From positions 3,240,001 to 3,272,000 of the forward strand of contig NC_017448.1 of NCBI RefSeq assembly GCF_000146505.1: a stretch of 32,000 nt of DNA, read 5' to 3'. The notes under the pieces are model-generated. The model worked only from the letters and a program-made list of their open reading frames with translations. It had not been told where the DNA came from and ran no database searches. Source of the stretch: Fibrobacter succinogenes subsp. succinogenes S85 (GTDB lineage: Bacteria; Fibrobacterota; Fibrobacteria; Fibrobacterales; Fibrobacteraceae). The position numbers and the translations under genes were made by a program. Below, one piece after another: positions 1 to 7,622 of this stretch. Numbering within the stretch: position 1 is the stretch's first letter; each line of letters starts with the position of its first letter.

Positions 1-276
1 GATTGTCCAGTTCTTGTGTACCGAGAAGGTCATTTTCTGAGCCTGCGGGGTATAGTAAGGATCGGACGATTGTTCCGGTTCAATGGTGATTGTCCAAGTC
101 CTGTCTGCGGTGCGCTTGTAGATAGCCACGTTAAACGCCACAAGCAGGACTAAGGTGATGATGCTCCACTTGAAGTTCTTCTTCGTCAGCAGGTATATTA
201 AAAGCAGGACTAATAATATAGTGAGTGCTGCGAAGTTGTAATGGGTCGGATAAAATACTTTGAAGACTTCAATCAT
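1..276 (-). CDS. hypothetical small membrane protein, N-terminal part (runs off the left window edge)
   Basis: The minus-strand frame is open from the ATG (complement of 274-276) to position 1. GAGGT lies about 8 nt upstream. My translation, MIEVFKVFYPTHYNFAALTILLVLLLIYLLTKKNFKWSIITLVLLVAFNVAIYKRTADRTW..., shows two hydrophobic helices. It is absent from the ORF track because it is truncated. It starts 28 nt after the stop of 305..1042 on the same strand, so the two are probably co-transcribed. Confidence 0.5.
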   Translation of the reverse strand, partial: MIEVFKVFYPTHYNFAALTILLVLLLIYLLTKKNFKWSIITLVLLVAFNVAIYKRTADRTWTITIEPEQSSDPYYTPQAQKMTFSVHKNWTI

Positions 277-304
277 TTTATCGTACCTCTAGAACTTTGG
301 GAGA

Positions 305-1042
305 TTACTTCTTCTTTGCAGCCTTCTGCTGAGCAACGAGAGCAGCGACGCTGAACGTGAGGACGTTCTTGTCGACCTGGCTTTCAGTACGGAAGCTCTT
401 GAGCGGAAGTGCGATGCCGTGAGAAGAAAGCGTACCCATGAAGGAAGCATTGGCGTGGCTAGCAATGGTACGGACGTTGATGAAGCCCTTGTTCTTGCTG
501 AAAGTGAGCTTGAAGGTCTTCTTGGCTGCATTGTATTCTGCAACCATCGTCTTGTTTTCCTTGGTATTCAAAGCATTCTTGGTGTTGTGGTCAAAAATGA
601 TGGTACCACGGGTGTCAATGGAGAGCATGGTCTTGTTGCCCACTGCGTTACGGCAGGCGAGAGTCGTCCATTCGCCCTTCTTCTTTGCGCCCTTGGCGGT
701 GAAGACATACTTGTTGCCTTCCTTGACGAGAGTGTAAGCACCGGTTGCAACCTGGAGACCGATGGCATTGAAAGCGCCCTTGAAATAAAGGAACTTGGAC
801 TTGGAACCGACAATACCGTTGATGAAACGGAAAGAAGTGGACTTCGGGGTCTTAATCGGCGTGATAGCCACGCGCTTGCCAACCGGGTCGACTTCGACAT
901 CTACATAAGGACCAACATCAACGGTACGACCATCTTCGGTCTTTGTCTGAGTGGCGAGCTTGTCGAGCTTGAGAGCCTTGACTGCTTCTTCCGGGAATCT
1001 GATGAAACCACGGACGTCCATTTTAACAATTACGTTTTCCAT
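305..1042 (-). CDS. hypothetical lysine-rich cytoplasmic protein with an internal two-fold repeat
   Basis: 245-aa ORF with no signal peptide. AGAGGTG sits 5-6 nt before the ATG and a near-consensus promoter lies upstream. Two similar halves each open with D-x-R-G-x-I-x-F...AL (VKMDVRGFIRFPEEAVKAL and LSIDTRGTIIFDHNTKNAL). The C-terminal tail is QQKAAKKK. I recognise no family. Confidence 0.7.
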   Translation of the reverse strand: MENVIVKMDVRGFIRFPEEAVKALKLDKLATQTKTEDGRTVDVGPYVDVEVDPVGKRVAITPIKTPKSTSFRFINGIVGSKSKFLYFKGAFNAIGLQVATGAYTLVKEGNKYVFTAKGAKKKGEWTTLACRNAVGNKTMLSIDTRGTIIFDHNTKNALNTKENKTMVAEYNAAKKTFKLTFSKNKGFINVRTIASHANASFMGTLSSHGIALPLKSFRTESQVDKNVLTFSVAALVAQQKAAKKK

Positions 1043-1083
1043 TTACACCTCTTTTGTTTTTTTGTTTGTTTTTGATTGACGAT

Positions 1084-1112
1084 AAAATAAAAACTTTATT
1101 CCCAAATGTCAA
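1084..1112 (-). promoter_or_regulatory. sigma70-type promoter for 305..1042 (TTGACA, 17-nt spacer, TATTTT, read on the minus strand)
   Basis: The complement of 1107-1112 is TTGACA and the complement of 1084-1089 is TATTTT, with an exact 17-nt spacer. It is embedded in a very AT-rich 190-bp gap about 40 nt upstream of the ATG. Confidence 0.55.
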
Positions 1113-1235
1113 AGATTTTCACGAAAAAAGCATGAGTAAAGGATAAAAATAGTTTTTTCGTAACCAATAACATTTGTTGTATAAAAAATAATAATAAAAA
1201 TGTAAAATGTTGCAACAAATGAAAACTTTTTTTCT

Positions 1236-2012
1236 TTATTTGCGGTTGATCACGCCCAAAATTGCTTCAGATAGGGGCTTTGAGCCTCGCTTTGATAAAT
1301 TAATGCCTTCAAAATCTTGTATGATTTTGTGATTTCTGTCACTAAAACGGGCCCTGTCTGATAGAATCTCTATGTTATTTGAGGTGGAAATGTCCTTTTT
1401 TTCGATCTTTACGTCTGCACGAACAAGAAATTTTGGGTAAAGGAGACGGTATTTGTCGGAAATGGCGTCGGCGATACTCCAGACAGGATCAATCAAAAGT
1501 ATAATATTCTCCTTTTTGACCATTTTTGTCGCTAAAATGGCGCCTGTTCCGCGACCTGCAACGACTTTCGGGGCTTTGCCGTTTATCTGTGAAGCACATT
1601 CGTAAATCATCTGGGCGTCGGATTCGAACGTTTCCTGTGACGGTGTTCCCTTGTTTTCACCGCTGCCACGGTAGTTGAATGTCGCGGCGGCGTAGCCGGG
1701 GAGGCTGTCGAGTTCGGCGAGGAACTGGGCGGCGTCTTCGTCAGCATCGGGGTAGTAAAGGATGACGTTATTCTGTTCGTTTCCGACAACGAAACCTTCA
1801 AGCTTGGTGCCGTCATCGAGGGTACAGTTGATGGCTCTTGCCTTATTTGTAATGGCTTCGCGGGCTTCGTTGTGCGTGATTGCACGGGGGAATGCGTTAC
1901 GGCGTTCGGTTAAGGCGAGGTAAAATACCATGCTGATATATATAAGGATGATGATTCCCGCGTAACGTAAAATTCGGCTCAGTGTTCCCAAGGCAAGTTC
2001 TTTTATTTTCAT
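1236..2012 (-). CDS. membrane-anchored alpha/beta-hydrolase-fold protein whose nucleophile elbow reads G-R-G-T-G
   Basis: 258-aa ORF with an N-terminal TM helix (YAGIIILIYISMVFYLAL). The segment NYRGSGENKG...DAQMIYECA...KVVAGRGTGAILA resembles the hydrolase beta-strand/elbow layout, but Gly occupies the Ser position of GxSxG. Confidence 0.6.
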   Translation of the reverse strand: MKIKELALGTLSRILRYAGIIILIYISMVFYLALTERRNAFPRAITHNEAREAITNKARAINCTLDDGTKLEGFVVGNEQNNVILYYPDADEDAAQFLAELDSLPGYAAATFNYRGSGENKGTPSQETFESDAQMIYECASQINGKAPKVVAGRGTGAILATKMVKKENIILLIDPVWSIADAISDKYRLLYPKFLVRADVKIEKKDISTSNNIEILSDRARFSDRNHKIIQDFEGINLSKRGSKPLSEAILGVINRK

Positions 2013-2120
2013 GGGTTTGTTCGTGGTCGTTCGTCAATAGTTATTGGTTGTTGAGAATTTAGAAAAAAGCTGTTATTCTGTCCCCTTTTTGTGAGAATGG
2101 TTCAGCGAAGACAGCATCAT

Positions 2121-2206
2121 CGTCATCCTGACGCTGAAAGCGGAAGGATCCAGTAAAGTCTAGTTCTTGAAAAATAACTGGATGCTTCGCTGCGCTCAGC
2201 ATGACG
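2121..2206. repeat. imperfect long inverted repeat (REP/MITE-like palindromic element)
   Basis: The left arm CGTCATCCTGACGCTGAAAGCGGAAGGATCCAGT (2121-2154) pairs with the right arm ACTGGATGCTTCGCTGCGCTCAGCATGACG (2177-2206). The terminal 6-bp and 4-bp blocks and the inner ATCCAGT block are complementary, with bulges in the middle. The arms flank about 22 nt. Confidence 0.55.
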
Positions 2207-2215
2207 AGCCGCCCC

Positions 2216-2330
2216 AAAACACAAATGTGTAAGCCGAGAGCCGCTGATTTATAACGCAAAAACGCCTATGGCGAGAGATGTGAAAGAGGATGGAGTGGGC
2301 AAAAAACACAAATGCGTAAGGCGAGAGATG
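2216..2330. repeat. direct repeats AAAACACAAATGYGTAAGSCGAGAG (x2) and GGCGAGAGATG (x2)
   Basis: The 25-mers at 2216-2240 and 2303-2327 differ at 2 positions. GGCGAGAGATG occurs at 2270-2280 and 2320-2330. The region is non-coding (only short spurious ORFs). Confidence 0.6.
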
Positions 2331-2402
2331 CAGGGGTGCTCGCACCCCTATATCCGAGCCGCAGCATTTGGCGTTATACGGCCGTAGGCCTATAACACAA
2401 AA

Positions 2403-2432
2403 GGACTTCCGGTGGAGTACAACCGGAAGTCC
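2403..2432 (-). terminator. perfect 11-bp hairpin with a T-run only on the minus strand (terminator-like, no upstream gene)
   Basis: The sequence is GGACTTCCGGT-GGAGTACA-ACCGGAAGTCC. Read on the minus strand it is followed by TTTTGTGTT. No minus-strand CDS lies upstream of it. Confidence 0.4.
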
Positions 2433-2617
2433 GAGGGATGGGATTGGGTGTTCCTTTAAATTAAGCAATTTTTTTTGAAAGCGTATCACCTAAAAAACAA
2501 AAAGTGTTCCCAAGGTGTTCTTTTTTGTCGTTTTTAGAATGGAATAGGGCTTTTTTACGGGTTATTTTCAAAAACAGGTGTTCCCAAAAATCTCAAAAAA
2601 AATTAGATTTCTTTTTG

Positions 2618-3487
2618 ATGAACGTATATGCCTACTACAATTATCGAAAGTACCTCCAGGACTACTACGATTACCGTAAGTCCGTGCAGAGGTATTTCTC
2701 GTACCGGTCTTTTGCAAAGAAGGCTGGCTATTCCTCGTCTGGTTTGTATCTGGATTTGATTCGCGGTCGTAAGTCACTTACCCAGCAGATGATTCCGAAG
2801 TTTATTGAAGCTCTCGGACTCAACGAAAGGGAAGGCCGCTACTTCACCTTGATGGTGGATTTCACGCATGCGACGACAGCTTCTTCGAAGCAGCAGATCT
2901 TCGACCAGATGTCGGCACTCCTCCCGCGCACCATCAAGAACCTGACCAAGAACCAGCAGGAATACTACAGCAAGTGGTATTACGTCGTGGCGCGCGAAGC
3001 TCTTGCCGTCTTGAAGATCAACGACAAGAACATTCAGGAACTCGCGCTTTTCTTGAACCCGAAAATTTCCCTCCCGCAGGCAAAGCAGACTATCCAGCTC
3101 CTTCTCAATCTGGGACTTATCGAGCTCGGCGAAGATGGATTCTACCATTCCGTAAACAAGGCAATTACGAATGGCAGTGAAATCGCCCCGCTTTTCGTTC
3201 ATCAATTCCAGAAACAGATGATTGATTTGGGCAAAGATGCGCTGGATCACTACAGTACCGAACGCAGAAATGTATCTTGTATGACGATGAGTGTGTCGGC
3301 GCAGGGATTGGAACGAATCATCAGCAAGATTGATTTGTTCCGTAAGGAGATTGTGGATATTGTTCGCTCGGATGAGGGCGAATCCATGGTTTGCGAATTG
3401 AACATCCAGTTCTTCCCGCTGAGCAAGGAAAAAATGAATCTTCCACCAGAGACGGATGTCGAGGAGGACGGACATGAAATTTGCTAA
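2618..3487 (+). CDS. XRE-like helix-turn-helix protein, Fibrobacter paralogous family (TIGR02147-like, from memory)
   Basis: I chose the ATG at 2618 (MNVYAYYNYRKYLQDYYDYRK...) rather than the upstream in-frame extension from 2504. The segment FSYRSFAKKAGYSSSGLYLDLIRGRKSLTQQMIPKFIEALGL looks like a Cro/C1-type HTH. There is no signal peptide. Confidence 0.7.
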   Translation: MNVYAYYNYRKYLQDYYDYRKSVQRYFSYRSFAKKAGYSSSGLYLDLIRGRKSLTQQMIPKFIEALGLNEREGRYFTLMVDFTHATTASSKQQIFDQMSALLPRTIKNLTKNQQEYYSKWYYVVAREALAVLKINDKNIQELALFLNPKISLPQAKQTIQLLLNLGLIELGEDGFYHSVNKAITNGSEIAPLFVHQFQKQMIDLGKDALDHYSTERRNVSCMTMSVSAQGLERIISKIDLFRKEIVDIVRSDEGESMVCELNIQFFPLSKEKMNLPPETDVEEDGHEIC

Positions 3488-4877
3488 GACGTATGTAGGA
3501 CTGCTTGTGGCAGTGTGCGCTTGCATGTTCGCTTGCACGAGCGAAAATAGCGGTGTTGCTGGTACTGTTACCGATACAGGCAACACGATTGCGCTTAGCG
3601 GTGTCGTGACTCGCACTGATGGTTCGGCCGCTGTTTCGGCTATGGTCCGTGTGGCTCGTGAACCGGGTGTAGGCGATACCCTTACTGAATCTGAATATAT
3701 TGAGACTGTAACGGACTCGCAGGGCGTGTTCTCGTTTGATTCCGTATTTGCGGATACGTTCCAGCTTGCCGTTGTTGATGCAGAGTACAAGGAAATCTCG
3801 TACCAGCCGCGTGCAACAAAGAATGCTGGTGCTTTGGATAGCATCAAGCTTGAAAAAGCTGCCGTGTTCAGCAGTGTGCTTTATTATGAAGACATGGTCG
3901 AACCTTCGATGGCAGTTGGGTCTCACTTTAAGGTCTACATGCCTGGCACTCCGTTCTCACAGAGCGTGTTTGCCGGAGATTCGTTCTCTATGCTTATCCC
4001 TGCCGGTGAATGGTGGCTTGGGTTCTGCCCGGGCGATCCGCAGATTGTGGCTCGACTTGCCGATTCCGGTGTTGCCGATACGTTAATTTATCGTACATGG
4101 AGCATGGATGGCGAAGTGAAGTCTGGTGATACGATTTCTAAGGGACCGTTTATCTGGAGCCCGACGATGGAAGTCGATTCGTTGATCAAGCTTGAAGAAA
4201 AGAAGAGGGCAAAGCCTTATTTGTCTGGTACTGTGATGTGCAAGGATAGCGTTTGTCCGAAAGTCCAAGTGCAGATGATTACGGACTTGTACGGCTTTGA
4301 CTTTGTTGAAGGTGATTCTGTCGGCTTTGTGATGCAGACGGTGACGGATGATTCTGGTCGCTGGGTGATGCCCGCTCCGGAAAAAGTTCCGTATGACAGC
4401 CTCCGCATGGAATACCGCTTGTTGGACGAGGATGGCACTGTGGCTTTGGCTGGTGTCAGCCGCTATGTTCGCGCTTCTGAAATCAAGGGCTTGAAGGATA
4501 CACTCAATATCGGCGATACGACTCTTGTGAAGCCGTCTGTGCTGGTGAGTGGCGTGCTGCTTGCCATTGACGATGCCGATACGACAAAAACCACGAACTG
4601 CATGTCTATGGTGAATAGCGTTGTTGTGGGGCTGAAAGGCACAAGCCATTTTGTGAGAGAAGTGACTTGCAACATGTTGCGTATCGCAGACCTTCCGGCT
4701 GGTGGCCATGATATCGTTCTTTACTCGGGCGACCCGAAGGTGGTGAAGACTCTTCAGGAAGCTGATGTGGCGCTTGATGATTATGTGCGAATTGCACATG
4801 TGCAACTGCCCAAAAACGATACTTTGGACCAGCAATGGATGACTTTTGAGCCACCAACTTTACAAACTGAAAAATAA
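3474..4877 (+). CDS. secreted lipoprotein with carboxypeptidase-regulatory-like beta-sandwich segments
   Basis: The ATG at 3474 is preceded by GAGGAGGA. The signal and lipobox-like sequence is MKFAKTYVGLLVAVCACMFAC-TSE. The start overlaps the upstream stop by 14 nt. The segment GVAGTVTDTGNTIALSGVVTRTDGSAAVSAMVRVA looks CarboxypepD_reg-like. Confidence 0.7.
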   Translation: MKFAKTYVGLLVAVCACMFACTSENSGVAGTVTDTGNTIALSGVVTRTDGSAAVSAMVRVAREPGVGDTLTESEYIETVTDSQGVFSFDSVFADTFQLAVVDAEYKEISYQPRATKNAGALDSIKLEKAAVFSSVLYYEDMVEPSMAVGSHFKVYMPGTPFSQSVFAGDSFSMLIPAGEWWLGFCPGDPQIVARLADSGVADTLIYRTWSMDGEVKSGDTISKGPFIWSPTMEVDSLIKLEEKKRAKPYLSGTVMCKDSVCPKVQVQMITDLYGFDFVEGDSVGFVMQTVTDDSGRWVMPAPEKVPYDSLRMEYRLLDEDGTVALAGVSRYVRASEIKGLKDTLNIGDTTLVKPSVLVSGVLLAIDDADTTKTTNCMSMVNSVVVGLKGTSHFVREVTCNMLRIADLPAGGHDIVLYSGDPKVVKTLQEADVALDDYVRIAHVQLPKNDTLDQQWMTFEPPTLQTEK

Positions 4878-4933
4878 TTTTCAATTACCCCTTGCAAAAG
4901 TGAAAATTATTTTCTAAAATTGGTGCGCACTGA

Positions 4934-5004
4934 TGAGCTATGGTGTAACGGTAGCACAACAGATTCTGACTCTGTTTGTCTAGGTTCGAATCCTGGTAGC
5001 TCAA
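4934..5004 (+). tRNA. tRNA-Gln (anticodon CTG)
   Basis: Hand-folded cloverleaf. The 7-bp acceptor is TGAGCTA/TAGCTCA. The D stem is GTGT/GCAC. The anticodon stem is ACAGA/TCTGT with loop TTCTGAC. The T arm is CTAGG-TTCGAAT-CCTGG. The discriminator is A and no CCA is encoded. Confidence 0.92.
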
Positions 5005-5008
5005 CTAA

Positions 5009-5046
5009 AACTCTTTGCTCTTACTCCTGAGCAGAGAGTTTTTTGT
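5009..5046 (+). terminator. intrinsic terminator after tRNA-Gln
   Basis: A 12-bp stem AACTCTTTGCTC/GAGCAGAGAGTT (one G-U pair) with an 8-nt loop, followed by TTTTTTG. Confidence 0.8.
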
Positions 5047-5090
5047 TTTATGCGGCGGCAGAATGCCTCGAGATGCCGCCGGATGTGCGA

Positions 5091-5370
5091 AATTTGGAAA
5101 AAGTGCGTTTTTTACGTGAAAAATTAGGGAAAAATGCGGAAATTTACGTAATTTTGTATATAAATTAAGCGAAATTGAATAAAGAGGGTGCTTTTTGCGG
5201 GTGTTTTGTAATGTTTTTACTGAAGAAAACACTTGAGTATGGGCTAAATTTGGGAAAAATCAAAAAATATTACAGATAAAGTTAAAATATTACGTGAAAA
5301 TTTGATGATATGGATTTAGTTTCACGTAAATTGGGGCATTTTTCAAAAAATTGGATTTTTACAGATGATT
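5091..5370. repeat. iteron-like repeats and phased A/T tracts (TTACGTGAAA-type motif about 6 times)
   Basis: Tandem units of about 30 nt lie at 5091-5120 and 5121-5151, with a third at 5246-5279 (AATTWGGGAAAAA...TTACRT). TTAC(G/A) motifs start at 5112, 5144, 5270, 5290 and 5359. A perfect 10-bp inverted pair TTACGTGAAA (5290-5299) / TTTCACGTAA (5320-5329) is also present. Confidence 0.6.
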
Positions 5371-5473
5371 TAGTTTGTTTGTGCTGGCTGATTTGTCGGT
5401 TTTTAAAGGGCATTTTTATTGAGTTTGGAGAGTCAATGACTAAGAACTATTGACTAATGACTAAATTTGTGTC

Positions 5474-6341
<868 letters not shown>

Positions 6342-6415
6342 TACTAATCACTAACCACAAATCACTAAATACTAATAATTGCTATATTGCTATCGGTAAA
6401 TAGGAGAATTTTTTT

Positions 6416-6739
6416 ATGGCAGCTTTGAATCTTACTGCAGAATCCTTTGACAAAGTTATTTCTTCGGGTCAGCTTGTGCTTGTTGACTTTTGGGCAACCT
6501 GGTGCCGTCCGTGCATGATGATGGGTCCGGTGATCGAAGACCTTTCCAACGAATTTGACGGTCGTGCTATTATCGCGAAGATCAACGTCGATGACGAAGG
6601 TGTTTCGGACATTTGCGCTCGTTTTGGCATCACGAACATCCCGAACATGAAGTTGTTCAAAAACGGTGTCGAAGTGGGTAACGTCGTCGGTGCTGTGCCG
6701 AAGAACACGCTCAAGAACGCCATCGAAAACAATCTCTAA
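6416..6739 (+). CDS. trxA: thioredoxin
   Basis: 107 aa with the thioredoxin-fold layout LVDFWATWCRPCMMMGPVIEDL...PNMKLFKNG. The active site is C-R-P-C rather than C-G-P-C. Confidence 0.92.
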   Translation: MAALNLTAESFDKVISSGQLVLVDFWATWCRPCMMMGPVIEDLSNEFDGRAIIAKINVDDEGVSDICARFGITNIPNMKLFKNGVEVGNVVGAVPKNTLKNAIENNL

Positions 6740-6760
6740 TCGCTTGGAAAAATGCGTTTG

Positions 6761-6797
6761 AAAGAGCTCGGTTTGATGTGCCGGGCTCTTTGTTGTT
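6761..6797 (+). terminator. intrinsic terminator after trxA
   Basis: A 9-bp stem AGAGCTCGG/CCGGGCTCT (one G-U pair) with a 9-nt loop, followed by the T-rich TTTGTTGTTG. Confidence 0.7.
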
Positions 6798-6829
6798 GAC
6801 GGCTTTTGCCAGTTTTCTACATTTGGAAT

Positions 6830-7621
6830 ATGCTCACGAAACGTTTAATTGTCTGCTTGGATGTCCGTAACCGCAAGGTCACGAAGGGTGTAAAGTTTAA
6901 AGGTAATATCGACATTGGCGATCCCGTAGAAATGGGCGCACGCTATAGCGATGAAGGTGTCGATGAACTTGTTTTTTATGATATCACGGCGAGTGCCGAG
7001 AACCGCCCATGCGACATGGAAATGATTCGCCAGATTGCAAAGCGCGTGTTTATCCCGTTTGCAGTGGGTGGCGGTATCCGTAACTTGGACGACATGCACG
7101 AAGCGCTCCTCGCAGGGGCCGAAAAGGTGAGCGTGAACAGCCTTGCTGTGTTGCATCCGGAAATCATTGCCGAAGGCGCAAAGGCGTTTGGACGCCAGTG
7201 CATCGTGCTTGGCATGGATGCGAAGTTCGTGGGCGTTTCGGACAAGATTCCGAGCGGTTACGAAGTGTTTATTCGCGGTGGTCGTCAGGCGATGGGCATT
7301 GACGCTTTGCAGTGGGCAAAGCGCGCCGAGGAACTCGGCGTTGGCGAAATCTGCTTGAACTCTATTGACACCGATGGCGTCAAGAATGGTTACGAACTCA
7401 CGATTACCGACATGATTGCAAAGGCTGTGCAAGTGCCTGTGATTGCTAGTGGCGGTGCCGGAACGCCGGCGCATATCGTAGACTTGTTCCGCAAGACGAG
7501 TGCCGATGCGGCTCTGGTCGCGTCGATGGTGCATTTTGGCGATTATACGGTCCCTGGTATCAAGGGCGAAATGCTTGCTGCCGGAATCCCGGTGCGCAAG
7601 AAGATGAACGGCGAGGTGTAA
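6830..7621 (+). CDS. hisF: imidazole glycerol phosphate synthase, cyclase subunit
   Basis: MLTKRLIVCLDVRNRKVTKGVKF...GADELVFYDITAS...GGGIR...ASGGAG is the typical HisF (beta/alpha)8 signature. I chose the ATG at 6830 over the TTG at 6806. Confidence 0.94.
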   Translation: MLTKRLIVCLDVRNRKVTKGVKFKGNIDIGDPVEMGARYSDEGVDELVFYDITASAENRPCDMEMIRQIAKRVFIPFAVGGGIRNLDDMHEALLAGAEKVSVNSLAVLHPEIIAEGAKAFGRQCIVLGMDAKFVGVSDKIPSGYEVFIRGGRQAMGIDALQWAKRAEELGVGEICLNSIDTDGVKNGYELTITDMIAKAVQVPVIASGGAGTPAHIVDLFRKTSADAALVASMVHFGDYTVPGIKGEMLAAGIPVRKKMNGEV

Positions 7622-7622
7622 G

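Noticed and set aside
2059-2489. 66-aa and 97-aa minus-strand ORFs in the 2013-2617 gap
   Set aside because: They are composed of the palindromic and direct repeats, have no RBS, and their translations look like repeat read-through.
2504-2617. N-terminal extensions offered by the ORF track (2504 for the HTH gene, 3456 for the lipoprotein, 6806 for hisF, 17399 for the protease, 19444 and 20652 for the PD40 and barrel genes)
   Set aside because: The extensions use non-ATG starts or add residues ahead of clear signal peptides or conserved N-termini. The internal ATGs give canonical signal peptides, family N-termini or better RBS spacing.
5005-5232. 75-aa minus-strand ORF in the gap next to the tRNA
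   Set aside because: It overlaps the tRNA terminator hairpin and the iteron-like repeats. The sequence is Lys/Phe/Leu-rich because the DNA is AT-rich, and it has no RBS.
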